64,000 nucleotides of DNA from Desulfomonilia bacterium (GTDB lineage: Bacteria; Desulfobacterota; Desulfomonilia; UBA1062). Numbering within the stretch: the first letter of the stretch is position 1; each line of letters opens with the position of its first letter. The notes beneath the pieces were generated by a model. That model did no database searches. It saw only the letters and a program-made list of their open reading frames with translations, and was not told the origin of the DNA. This document shows, piece after piece, positions 10,137 through 19,768 of the stretch. The stretch spans positions 64,001 through 128,000 of the forward strand of contig JBEKDT010000001.1 of the NCBI GenBank assembly GCA_050014195.1. Reading direction: 5' to 3'. The position numbers and the translations under genes are program-made.

Positions 10137-11361
10137 CCATAATCTCCCGTATTCGTTTTTCAACACCCGTATCCCTGGGGGTGTACAACTCAAGGTGTGG
10201 CAGGTTTTCCGGCAAATAGTCAAGGGTCAGCGCCCCTTTCGGGTCGTCATGCGCATAGATATATCCCTTGGAGTAGCCTATCTCCTTCATGAGCCGTGTA
10301 GGGGCGTTCCTTAAATAGAGCGGGATCTGCGGCGATCCGGTCTTCCTGATCAGGTCCTCCACCTTTTTCTCCGCCAGGTACACGGCATTGCTCTTGGGGG
10401 CGCAGGCGAGATAGATGGCCGTCTCGTACAAGGCGATCTCGCCCTCGGGACTTCCCACAAAGGTGAAGGCCTCCTTGGCGGCCACGGCCATGCGCAGGGC
10501 ATTGGGGTCGGCCATGCCTATGTCCTCTGATGCGATGCGGATCATCCTGCGTATGAGGAAGAGCCTGTCCTCACCGGCTTCCAGCATCCTGCCGAGCCAG
10601 TAGATGCTTGCATCAACATCGCTTGCCCGCACGCTCTTGTGAAAGGCCGAGATGAGGTCATAGTGGTTCTCACCCGACCTGTCATGGTACAGCGGCCGCT
10701 CCATGAGCCCCTTGAGGTCGTCGAGGTCGATGTATTCCTTATCAATATTCGTAAGTGCAAGTTCCAACAGGTTCAGGGCGGCACGTGCATCACCGTCGGC
10801 CGCTTTTGCCATGGCCGATATGCATGCATCGGAAATGGTCTTCTTCAGAGATATGATGGGCCCATCCCGCAAGACCGCATGCCTGAGAATCTCCTCTATG
10901 ACCTCTGCACTCAAGGCCTTCAGGATGATCACCTGTGTCCTGGACATGAGGGGGGAAGTGATGGCGAACGAGGGGTTTTCCGTTGTGGCGCCTATGAGGA
11001 TGATATCTCCGTTTTCCACAAAGGGCAGCAGCGCGTCCTGCTGTACCCGGTTGAACCGGTGGATCTCATCGATAAAGACAATGGGTTTCTTTTCGCTCTG
11101 CGCCGCTTTGCCCGTTACACGCCGGATCTCCTGGACACCGCCTGTCACGGCACTGATGGTGGAGAAAGAATCCGGATACATGCGCTCGATGATGCTTGCC
11201 ACACTGGTCTTCCCGGAACCGGGGGGACCCCACAGCATGGCAGAGCGCAGGTTGCCCCGGGCAAAGTCCTTCAGGAGTACGAGGGCGTCATCCTGTCCCA
11301 GGAGGTCATCCAGGCTCAGTGGCCTTACCCTGAATGCAAGGGGTGGCAGCTGCTTTTGCAT
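10075..11361 (-). CDS. rarA: Replication-associated recombination protein A (AAA+)
   Basis: WGPPGSGKT, FIDEIHRFN, GATTENPSF, ISAFHKSVR, ASEDIGMAD, PKSNAVY. Confidence 0.95.
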   Translation of the reverse strand: MQKQLPPLAFRVRPLSLDDLLGQDDALVLLKDFARGNLRSAMLWGPPGSGKTSVASIIERMYPDSFSTISAVTGGVQEIRRVTGKAAQSEKKPIVFIDEIHRFNRVQQDALLPFVENGDIILIGATTENPSFAITSPLMSRTQVIILKALSAEVIEEILRHAVLRDGPIISLKKTISDACISAMAKAADGDARAALNLLELALTNIDKEYIDLDDLKGLMERPLYHDRSGENHYDLISAFHKSVRASDVDASIYWLGRMLEAGEDRLFLIRRMIRIASEDIGMADPNALRMAVAAKEAFTFVGSPEGEIALYETAIYLACAPKSNAVYLAEKKVEDLIRKTGSPQIPLYLRNAPTRLMKEIGYSKGYIYAHDDPKGALTLDYLPENLPHLELYTPRDTGVEKRIREIMDARQKAKGTGTGTYRKPSKQ

Positions 11362-11501
11362 ATGATGATATATAGCATAAAATCACGCATGAAAGTAGAA
11401 AGAGAAAACCTTTATTTTTGTCCTTATGTGATTCCGAAACCTGACGATAGATATTAATAGGTTCTTCAAGATTCATTCCCCGTAGAACCTCCTCATATTA
11501 T

Positions 11502-11532
11502 GCAGGTCAAAAGCTGACCTGCTTTTTTTTTT
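11502..11532 (+). terminator. Rho-independent terminator
   Basis: GCAGGTCA-aaagc-TGACCTGC followed by a T10 run. Confidence 0.8.
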
Positions 11533-11539
11533 GCAAAAC

Positions 11540-11569
11540 TTGACAAACCTTCTTCATTGATTGTAGAAG
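11540..11569 (+). promoter_or_regulatory. Probable sigma70 promoter of the tRNA
   Basis: TTGACA at 11540 with an imperfect -10 (TAGAAG) just upstream of the tRNA. Confidence 0.5.
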
Positions 11570-11580
11570 ACTCGTTGTGG

Positions 11581-11657
<77 letters not shown>

Positions 11658-11689
11658 GCCTTTTCTTGTTAATCTGAATAGTTAGAATT

Positions 11690-12901
11690 TTACTTACCCT
11701 GTGAAACGGTGGTGCCCTCGTGGTGCCCCTTCTTGAGAGGTATCACTTTACCGGTCATCTTTTTGCGGATCTTCGATACCACTTGGAATGCACCATCATT
11801 GATCGCTTGGTTATATCGCTCGAAAGCCTTGTTCGTTCTATGCCCCGTGGCCTTCTTTGCCTCATCTGGTCCAAGCATGCGGGATGTTTCCGTGGTGGTG
11901 GTATGCCGGGTACCTGGATACAACGAGACACCTTCGAGCCCTATCTCCTTCGTAGCCCTGTTCCACCACCGAGCAAGATACTTATCGCTGAAAACAGAAC
12001 CCGGCTTGGCCCTGGCGCGCCCTTTGTGGTGACGAAAGAAAGGCATCTCCTGATTGATCGCAGGGAACTTATTCCGTATCTCCTCCCAGGCCTCCTGGTG
12101 CTCATCGAGGAGCTTGATTGTGATCCACGGCTGATTCTTTCGCTCGGACTTAGTAGGCTCGAATATCGTGATAAACCCATCCTGATAATCTCCCTCTCGA
12201 ATCCTTCTCAGATCATCAGGCCGCAACTCGGTATATGTTGCCAGCATGTCGATGCCGAGCCAGATCCTTGGATTAATCGAATAGGACATTTCTTTAACCT
12301 TATCGATCACTTGTCGTTGGATTTCCCAAGTAGTGATCTTCCGATAGCCGAGCTTATACTTGATAGGCTCAAAATCGGGCATCTCATTCTTAAGAATCGC
12401 CTTTCTCTTGCAGGCAAACTTCCAGAAACCACGCAGATGAACCTGGTAATTACTTCTCGTTTTTGCGCCTATATCGGGGATGGAGTTGAGAAAATCTTCT
12501 ATGGCTGGATCATCTATATCTCTAAAATTGGTAGCGCCCCAATAGTCAACAGCTAAATTAATGGTATGCTCGATTTTATCTATTGTTTTTAAATTCTCTT
12601 TGCGCTTTTCTTCGAGATATGAGGGGGCCAGTGCTTTGACAGACTTGGGGCGTTTCGCTCCATAGTCCTCAATGTCGAAATTCTCTTCACGCTCATCCTT
12701 CTCATAGCGGAGATGATTCAGCCACTTGGAGGCCACGCTATAAACGGTGAATTTTCTGGCGTGTTCTCTCCCGAACCTGACAAACATTCTCCGGGCTCGG
12801 ATCTCAGGATGAGCTGTACAGCACACGGCATTTCTAAGATTATCCTTCAGTCGCTTTCCACAGATCGGGCAATCTTCTCTAGTATAGATACCCCCTTGCA
12901 T
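11690..12901 (-). CDS. Tyrosine recombinase / phage-type integrase
   Basis: ELRPDDL (R), K, YPGTRH (variant HxxR), GH..., FERY (Y); N-terminal CPICG; GGAGG RBS supports the start MQGGIY at 12901. Confidence 0.85.
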   Translation of the reverse strand: MQGGIYTREDCPICGKRLKDNLRNAVCCTAHPEIRARRMFVRFGREHARKFTVYSVASKWLNHLRYEKDEREENFDIEDYGAKRPKSVKALAPSYLEEKRKENLKTIDKIEHTINLAVDYWGATNFRDIDDPAIEDFLNSIPDIGAKTRSNYQVHLRGFWKFACKRKAILKNEMPDFEPIKYKLGYRKITTWEIQRQVIDKVKEMSYSINPRIWLGIDMLATYTELRPDDLRRIREGDYQDGFITIFEPTKSERKNQPWITIKLLDEHQEAWEEIRNKFPAINQEMPFFRHHKGRARAKPGSVFSDKYLARWWNRATKEIGLEGVSLYPGTRHTTTTETSRMLGPDEAKKATGHRTNKAFERYNQAINDGAFQVVSKIRKKMTGKVIPLKKGHHEGTTVSQGK

Positions 12902-13030
12902 ACAACCGTCCTCCCCCCTGAACTGAGAAAGGCGATTATAACTCTGCATGGTCCGGTGGGCAAGCATCTTCATGGCCTCGCTATAGTGATGATCCAAGTG
13001 TCCTTCCTCCAATGCAGTAAAAATAAAAAC

Positions 13031-13227
13031 CAATTTTCCTGCCTTCCCCCTTTCACAAACGACTGAAGGGGAAGGGAGGAACGACCGGAGAAAGGAAAGC
13101 CTGAAAGGCTCACCATATAAGAAAGTGGTCAAAGAATTTGACCATAGAAGACACCCGGAGCGTTGCAAGCAGCATGACAACATGGTCACATGTTGGCGTG
13201 CTGCTTTTTAAGCTAGCGGAGGGGGAC
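13031..13227 (-). repeat. Conserved double-hairpin upstream repeat, copy R1 (before the integrase)
   Basis: Minus strand has TTGTCATGCTGCTTGCAACG core plus CCCTTCAG..GTGAAAGGG hairpin, homologous to R2-R6. Confidence 0.85.
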
Positions 13228-13341
13228 TTTTATTTTTTGTTGTTTCCTGTTTCAGTTAGATGAGAATCGATCTTCAGGTGAGAGTATTTTAATTATGGGT
13301 TCTTATTAGCTCATTACAGGGAGAGAGTATAACGATCGTGC

Positions 13342-13449
13342 GAGACTGTTGAAAAAGTCCGAATCACAAGATCTTGGCATATTTATGTGTATGAAAATCA
13401 ATCAGTTAAAAATCTATAAATGTGAATTTTGAGGTTTTTCAACAGTCTC
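13342..13449. mobile_element. 108-bp MITE / miniature IS
   Basis: Perfect 15-bp TIRs GAGACTGTTGAAAAA/TTTTTCAACAGTCTC, 3-bp TGC duplication on both flanks, no ORF. Confidence 0.8.
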
Positions 13450-13703
13450 TGCCATACTATGGATTTTGATATGGGATGTCCCAGAGTATAGATTACATCC
13501 GAGAACAGCTACTTTTCATGCCGTCTTGAAAGCGATCATTTATCGAAGATATCAACAGTTTGATTGAATAAAGAAAAGAAAATCAATGTGATCTTTATCA
13601 AAAAATAATATCAATCAGTCTCTGCTTTTATCTTTTTGTCTAATATTGGTATTAACCACCCCAAGAAAAACTGCGGGGTTCCTAGCTATGGTCATCTCAG
13701 GAA

Positions 13704-13730
13704 CTAGACAAAATAATTCCTTTTGTCTAG
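13704..13730. terminator. Hairpin after the DUF3800 gene
   Basis: CTAGACAAAA-taattcc-TTTTGTCTAG. Confidence 0.45.
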
Positions 13731-13734
13731 AGTT

Positions 13735-14523
13735 CTACAATTTTGGGATGATTACTAACTGGTTGGGTTCGCACCTTGCAGATTCTATTTGATCTTTCAT
13801 TTTTTTCAAGGTGTCTTGCCCAAAAAAACCTTCCTCGTAATGATTATGATATTGAATCAACTCAAGAGGTGTCCGTAGTCTGACTTTTTTGGTTTCTGTA
13901 CCTTTCCTCAAGCGCTTAAAATACTCATATGCCATCAGGTCGGCTACCTGCAATCCTACATGTTCTTCGGCCTTAGCAGAAGTGCAAGTGCCGAGGCGGT
14001 GTCGATATGAAAATGTCGGGTTATTTGCCAACCACTTGAAAAACTCGGGCGCTTGCTTATCAAATTTAGACCCTCCATCCAGGACAACGTCAAAATGCCA
14101 ATCGGCGGGAAAATCACTTTCATCTTCCATGTGCCTTGCAATCATGGCGATACAACTCTTAAAACACGCATACCAAGGATGTCCGAGCTTTTCACGGCCA
14201 ACTTCATTTATAATCCCTCGATATTCATCGGCACGCATTCCGCAATTGTAGGCGACCATTCTCTTCTTCTGACAATTGATAGCCTCTAGAAGGGCAGCGC
14301 TGTAGCAAACCTTCTTCTCTTCATCCCATCCGCTATATTCACCCCTTGTACCATTCAGCGGTTGCGCGTGGAAACGAGAAACACCAAAGCGACAATTGAT
14401 CGAATTCCAGTCCTTTTCTACCTCATTCCACGTCGGCTGATCTGAGAAAAAACCGCTTATGGCAAGAGCGTTTGGTGGTTCTCTACCATCGTAACTCTCA
14501 TCACAATAAAAAAGAAATTTCAT
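13735..14523 (-). CDS. DUF3800 family protein (RNase H-like fold)
   Basis: FYCDES..., FHA and GLQVADLMAY motifs; start revised to MKFLFYCDES. Confidence 0.8.
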   Translation of the reverse strand: MKFLFYCDESYDGREPPNALAISGFFSDQPTWNEVEKDWNSINCRFGVSRFHAQPLNGTRGEYSGWDEEKKVCYSAALLEAINCQKKRMVAYNCGMRADEYRGIINEVGREKLGHPWYACFKSCIAMIARHMEDESDFPADWHFDVVLDGGSKFDKQAPEFFKWLANNPTFSYRHRLGTCTSAKAEEHVGLQVADLMAYEYFKRLRKGTETKKVRLRTPLELIQYHNHYEEGFFGQDTLKKMKDQIESARCEPNQLVIIPKL

Positions 14524-14556
14524 ACATCCATTATGCTTGTGAAGCAGTTGATAAGT

Positions 14557-14691
14557 CATCAAATAATTGTTAAAGCACCAGAAGAACCGCATTGCATTCA
14601 TATCACCCCGGCGCGCAAGCTCCCGAAACACCTCCGTAAAGGTGTGTGTGTCATGCGTGGTTTGGTGTCTGCCTCGAACCGCTTGTTATCA
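14557..14691 (-). other. Degenerate attC-like site after the HNH gene
   Basis: TGATAAC-AAGCG-GTTCGAGGCA (R''/L''), complementary arm ATGCGGTT..TGGTGCTTTAAC; R' decayed. Confidence 0.5.
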
Positions 14692-15846
14692 ATCCTCTTT
14701 GACATTCAATTTAATATTCTCGGCTACAGTAAATGGTTGATCAAGGCCCAACAGAGTTAAGACCATTGTGCTTCCTGCGCCAAATGTTCCTTCTAATGCC
14801 CACATATAACTTCCAATAAGGAGATCTTCGATTCCATCATCATTCAGGTCAGCCCTAAGGATTTCATACAAATAAAGTCCCATGTAGCCATAATGAAGTG
14901 TCAATGTCAGAGGCGAAGAAGAAATAATTTTTATTTCCCCTTGAGTAATCAAATCAGAAATACCTACACCCTCAGCTTGCAAACGCTTCAATTCCCTATC
15001 GCCGCTTAGATCAGGTAACAGTGTAACCGGTAGGAGGTTAAAATTCGAGATACTTGCATTTAAATCCGAAATAAACCTTTTTCTAGGAACCTTCGCCTGG
15101 GCCAGAGCAACGACAAGAGAATAGACGTTCTTGAAGAATGTCTCCTCTTTAATATCATAAGTAGAACGTGCATGGTAGCCATCACGAATAGCTTCGACCC
15201 ATTCACGACAAGTATAAACTTTAATGCTTTCTTCATCAGACCAGGTTCCTCTTGCCATAGTCAAATAATCAAGCCCTTGAAACCTTGGTAAAATCGGTCG
15301 GTCATATAAGGAGTCAATATCAGTCGATGAAATAAATCCTTTTAGTTCGGAATCAACAAATGGAAGGGCTGTAAGGACTTCGAACATGTTCTGAGATCCA
15401 GAATAACCAACAATTAGCGAGTTAAGCTCATCACGTGAAATACGACCTTCATCCAAGGCAACTTGTAAAAGGATCATAAATTTATCTTTTTGTATTTGTT
15501 CCTTAATTTCAAGTTCAATTTTACATGCCTTGTTGAATTTACTCTCAGCGATAGACAAAAAGTGAATAGCCCTGCTTTTCGGTAGAATCTGACTTTTCTT
15601 TTGGAGATTACAGTGCCGGTGAGATGGAACAAGGTTAAGCAGGCTATCTACATCAAATTCGTTATCAAGCCCATATTCATCCAACAATTTTGCCAATTCC
15701 TCTGGTTGTTCCTTCAGGTAAGAGGGGATAACATGATCTATATCAAGGTCAGCAAAAGTAACAAACTCTGTACAATAGATACATCGATGGTCGTGTGCAT
15801 GCCAAATAGCAGCTCTTCTGGACGTTGGTAATGCTTTCCGGGCCAT
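14689..15846 (-). CDS. HNH endonuclease domain protein
   Basis: CIYC...DIDHVIP...NLVPSHRHCNLQK at the N-terminus; start revised to MARKALP. Confidence 0.85.
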   Translation of the reverse strand: MARKALPTSRRAAIWHAHDHRCIYCTEFVTFADLDIDHVIPSYLKEQPEELAKLLDEYGLDNEFDVDSLLNLVPSHRHCNLQKKSQILPKSRAIHFLSIAESKFNKACKIELEIKEQIQKDKFMILLQVALDEGRISRDELNSLIVGYSGSQNMFEVLTALPFVDSELKGFISSTDIDSLYDRPILPRFQGLDYLTMARGTWSDEESIKVYTCREWVEAIRDGYHARSTYDIKEETFFKNVYSLVVALAQAKVPRKRFISDLNASISNFNLLPVTLLPDLSGDRELKRLQAEGVGISDLITQGEIKIISSSPLTLTLHYGYMGLYLYEILRADLNDDGIEDLLIGSYMWALEGTFGAGSTMVLTLLGLDQPFTVAENIKLNVKED

Positions 15847-15866
15847 GCTACTCACCTGACTGGCTC

Positions 15867-15927
15867 GATAACATGAAGGCACAGGAAGCCGGATTTATCG
15901 ACGATTCGGTGCACCGCTTGGTTCTGC
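15867..15927 (-). other. attC-like integron recombination site
   Basis: GCAGAAC-CAAGC-GGTGCACCG...CCTGTGCC-TTCAT-GTTATC, giving an R''-L''-L'-R' layout 10 bp after the HEPN stop. Confidence 0.7.
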
Positions 15928-15937
15928 AGTTCCATGT

Positions 15938-17428
15938 TCACGTAGAGTTCTGGCCTTTATCCGAAAGGCGATCCTTGATCCAAAAGTAATGCATGAAAAC
16001 ATAGTCCCATACAACCCCCACTAATTCCCTAACAGGCTCACCGCACCCCAGCTCCATCGGAACAGATTTGGTCTCAAGAATACTGTGGAGTCTCTGCAAT
16101 GCATCAAGTTCTGGGAAATGATCGATCGTTCGCTCTGATGTGGAAAATCGCCTAAGTTGTTTTATGAGTTCCTGCGAGGCCAACTCTTTTTCCTCCAGAA
16201 GAGCTTTTGCCGCCAAGCGGGTGGCACCGATCATCGTCTCGACTTGCAGGCTACTCTCTGGAACATACTTGTATTGCTTAATAGCTGCCACGATTGGCCC
16301 AATAAGCTCTAAACGTTCACTCGTTCCAGTCTTCTCGTCCGATAGTATTATACAAATCTTCTGAAAACGCTCTTGATTTGTAATCAGTTTATCCTCTAGG
16401 CCAGCATTCTCGGCCAATTCCGCACCAGTCAGAAGCGTGCCAAGGCAAAGCTGAAATATCTGGCGACCGTATGAAAGGAGTGACTGATATAATGGACCTT
16501 CGCTTTTCTTTTGTGAATCCGTGGCGACAAAGCGCAACTGCCGGGCATGGCCTTCGTGCACGATTCGGGATCGGGCGTCATAGAATTGCCGTGCCCAGAT
16601 GGCTAATCGTGGAATTCTTCCCAATAGCAACGAAATAGCATCGGTCAAACGATCAGTCTTTTCATCTATGGGCAAGCTTAACAACGCTTCAAAAGCAATA
16701 GAAAGATTTACAATTGCCGCGGGCTGATCATTTGCTTCGTTGTTGGCTTCATTGAACCAGCGGAGCGCAGTAAAGATGCGCAAAGATGATGATGTTTCAG
16801 GTTTTTCAAGTAATTTTCTCAGTAATCTGTAGTCTATCCTTCCATCGGCAAGACAAGCGAGGTCAAAGCTCAAGTCCTGTGAATGATTAAGAGTCAGCTG
16901 GGGCTTTGGGCCATAAAGGCGTGAACCCTTAGCCACCCAAAAATGATGCTTAAAATTGTATAATCCCGCATAACCCTCGACTTGATCATGTTTGTCAGCT
17001 TCCAGATTAGATTCAGAATCAATCATATCTACATGAAAATCAGGACGAACGAGAGATGCTGGCACCTTGCATGGCGTGAGGATTGCTATGCTGGCGTGCT
17101 CCGATGAAAGAAAGAGATCGCCGAACTCGTGACGTGGCAAAGCATAGCAGTATGCAATGACGGCTTGAACCTTTGTGAGATGCTGCACATCAACAGGCGA
17201 ATGGCTTAGATCCACAAAGGGTATAACCGCATAGGACGCAGATTTTATGCGGAGGTTGTCCTGCAAGAAAAGCATTTCCGAAATTTCGCGCACACATGCG
17301 GCTTGCACGAGGGAAAGACCGTCTACATCGTCAGTCGAACGAAATGACACCCCCCCGATAGTCACCTTGTCTCTTGTTTTGAGAAATGGAAAGACAGCGA
17401 AGCTGTAAATTTTGTCAAGTGTTTCCAT
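15938..17428 (-). CDS. HEPN-domain protein (ApeA-like, putative RNase effector)
   Basis: LSIAFEALL...YDARSRIVH (RxxxxH) HEPN signature; AGGAGAGG RBS before METLDK. Confidence 0.75.
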   Translation of the reverse strand: METLDKIYSFAVFPFLKTRDKVTIGGVSFRSTDDVDGLSLVQAACVREISEMLFLQDNLRIKSASYAVIPFVDLSHSPVDVQHLTKVQAVIAYCYALPRHEFGDLFLSSEHASIAILTPCKVPASLVRPDFHVDMIDSESNLEADKHDQVEGYAGLYNFKHHFWVAKGSRLYGPKPQLTLNHSQDLSFDLACLADGRIDYRLLRKLLEKPETSSSLRIFTALRWFNEANNEANDQPAAIVNLSIAFEALLSLPIDEKTDRLTDAISLLLGRIPRLAIWARQFYDARSRIVHEGHARQLRFVATDSQKKSEGPLYQSLLSYGRQIFQLCLGTLLTGAELAENAGLEDKLITNQERFQKICIILSDEKTGTSERLELIGPIVAAIKQYKYVPESSLQVETMIGATRLAAKALLEEKELASQELIKQLRRFSTSERTIDHFPELDALQRLHSILETKSVPMELGCGEPVRELVGVVWDYVFMHYFWIKDRLSDKGQNST

Positions 17429-17499
17429 CCCTCTCCTTACCGCCGAACGTACTATATTGCACGTTTGCTTCACATACTAATTAGCCGAAGCAATTTTGC

Positions 17500-17528
17500 A
17501 CTATATCCGGATATGAAATGTAAGGCAA
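17500..17528 (-). promoter_or_regulatory. Sigma70 promoter with palindromic operator ATATCCGGATAT
   Basis: TTGCCT-17-TATAGT; the palindrome overlaps the spacer and -10. Confidence 0.6.
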
Positions 17529-17884
17529 TATGCTGTTAAATTACTTGAACCATATCTTTCGTGCCATTATCGCTACTCCAAGCATGGGGCCTGAAAAGTA
17601 AAGATATCTTTAGCAGATCATCGGTTTTTGGATATACTCAAACACGATCATTTATCGAAGAAATCTCTGTTTCTGCATGTGAGCGAATTGATCTTATAGA
17701 TCTATGGAATCATACTTGTTTAGTGTTCGGGTTATGATGATTAAAAATAATTCAACAACCATTAAAAAATAACAAAAATATTAGAAACTTATACATGATT
17801 CATACATGTTCCTGTTCTTTATTTTTAGAATATGAATATTATTTTTTATTTAAATTTTATTTAAATTTAATATAAGTACTTACT

Positions 17885-19339
17885 ATGCCAATCCTTGAAC
17901 ATATCGATATACTGAGAAAAGGGGTTGATGTTTGGAATCAGTGGAGGAAAGATAATCCAACGATAATACCTGATCTTAGTGGGGCGGATCTCACTACAAA
18001 TATTGTCTGTAATGCTGAACGAGAAGAATTAATTAACTATCTTATCGGTGGCTCACGATTTTATAAACATGGAATGGAAGAATTATCAAAAGACGTCAAT
18101 AAGTTATTTTCGAAGCCCAGACTTTATATTAAAATTCATCTGTTATTCATCCATATTGCTGATTGGCGCTTACGCTTTTTCCGTAGAATTAAGGGGAAGC
18201 TATTCCCGTTTTTAACCGAGAAAGAACCAAGTGTAATTAAATACTCTTCATATTTGCGGGGTATTAATCTAAGCCATTGTAACCTTAATAATGCAAATCT
18301 TGAAGCGGTATATATGCCTGAAGCTAACCTAGAAAAAGCCAAGTGTGAAAAAGCAAATTTTAACAATACCGATCTGAGATATTCGAACTTTAGCAACGCC
18401 AGTCTTTATCAAGCCTGCTTTACTAACTCTGATCTAGAGAATGCACAACTTATTCGCTCAAATCTATCCGAAGCAAATTTTCATAGAGCTATACTTAGGG
18501 GATCAATCCTGAATGATATAATAGCCTATGGAGTTGATTTCTCCGGAGCGGATCTTGGTTATTCAAATTGCCATCCGATTGATTTTCAAAAAATAGACCC
18601 TTACACCTTCCGTTCCCAAATAACTCGTATGAATCATGCTTATGTTAATGGCGCTAACTTCAACTATACGAATATGCGAGATATCGAAATGAATCGAGCT
18701 AGTCTGAACGGCGCTAAGTTTGTTAAAGCGGATCTTTCAAATGCTCAATTATCAGGCTCATTTCTCGCAAAGACTGATCTTTCAGGAGCGATTTTAGAAG
18801 GAGCAAATCTGGAAAAAACAAATGTCTTTGATGTGAAGTTTAATCGTTTAGGTAAATTTCGTGGAATTCGTTTAGACAGATGTTATGGAAGTGCTCGGTT
18901 TGAAAGATTTGCTAAAGATCAAAATTATTTAGAAGAGCTTAGGAATGAAGGTCACATAGGTAGAATATCATATAATATATGGTTAATCCTTGCTGATTGT
19001 GGCAGGACTCCTTGGCGTTGGATCATGTGGTCTACTCTAGCAATATTGTTTTTTGGTTCTCTATATGCCAACTACGAACTTCCTACCTGGTTAGCTTGGA
19101 TTCCAGATTACGGGAAAAAAGTCATTGCTGACATGTGTCCTCATCTCAAATATGTCAACCGAACCCCATTTACACCTTATTATTTTAGTATAGTCACTTT
19201 TACGACTCTAGGGTTTGGAGATGTTGTTCCGATTAATATGGCTGGGGAAATATGTGTATCACTTGAAGTAATTATTGGATATGTGATGTTGGGCGGTCTT
19301 ATATCTATTTTGGCATCAATTATTGCGCGGCGAAGTTAA
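17885..19339 (+). CDS. Pentapeptide-repeat protein fused to a two-TM potassium-channel-like domain
   Basis: Many A(N/D)LxxA repeats; C-terminal YFSIVTFTTLGFGDVVP pore motif flanked by TM helices. Confidence 0.85.
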   Translation: MPILEHIDILRKGVDVWNQWRKDNPTIIPDLSGADLTTNIVCNAEREELINYLIGGSRFYKHGMEELSKDVNKLFSKPRLYIKIHLLFIHIADWRLRFFRRIKGKLFPFLTEKEPSVIKYSSYLRGINLSHCNLNNANLEAVYMPEANLEKAKCEKANFNNTDLRYSNFSNASLYQACFTNSDLENAQLIRSNLSEANFHRAILRGSILNDIIAYGVDFSGADLGYSNCHPIDFQKIDPYTFRSQITRMNHAYVNGANFNYTNMRDIEMNRASLNGAKFVKADLSNAQLSGSFLAKTDLSGAILEGANLEKTNVFDVKFNRLGKFRGIRLDRCYGSARFERFAKDQNYLEELRNEGHIGRISYNIWLILADCGRTPWRWIMWSTLAILFFGSLYANYELPTWLAWIPDYGKKVIADMCPHLKYVNRTPFTPYYFSIVTFTTLGFGDVVPINMAGEICVSLEVIIGYVMLGGLISILASIIARRS

Positions 19340-19687
19340 TTTATAGAGTTGTCATTCACATCATAATATTCTTCTTAAGTTGGGTTATTATACAACGCTC
19401 TATTTCAACCACTTAGACAGAACATTATTGATTCTTTCTAGCTGAGTAGAACCTTAAAATATATCCAAAAACAATGATCTCCTAATGAGATTACTATACA
19501 AAAATTCTTCTCCATAAGAAGTCCATATCCAGGCATCCGATATGTATACAAACCTTATCGATAGAAACCGTTTGTGCCATAGTAGGCGAGATGATCACCT
19601 TGGCTGATTATCATATGATTTAAAACAAGATGTTCAATTTTCGGCTTTTCTCAAAACCGTGACGAATATCGAAGTGATCATCATAGT

Positions 19688-19768
19688 GGATAACGTATGC
19701 TATGATGCGCAAGAAAAGACCGTGCGAAGCGCGGCTATTTCTCATCGCTGTCGATGGCTTTGTTGAGG
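19688..19768 (-). other. attC-like integron recombination site
   Basis: CCTCAAC-AAAGCCATCGACAGCGATGAGAAA...TTTCTTGCGCATCATAGCATAC-GTTATCC imperfect palindrome overlapping the gene end (NKAIDSDEK*). Confidence 0.7.

Noticed and set aside
110-11457. Long + strand ORFs antisense to host genes (e.g. 1885-2889, 10639-11457)
   Set aside because: Shadow ORFs of GC-rich coding sequence on the opposite strand
11690-12901. Integrase as an integron integrase (IntI) serving the attC-like sites
   Set aside because: No IntI-specific insertion or canonical HxLRHSFATHLL box; its position at a tRNA indicates an island integrase
12902-13189. ORF-track N-terminal extension of the integrase
   Set aside because: It runs through repeat R1; a strong RBS supports the start at 12901
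17561-17737. 58-codon GTG-start ORF over the boundary repeat
   Set aside because: The frame is not kept in the homologous copy at 13449 and there is no RBS
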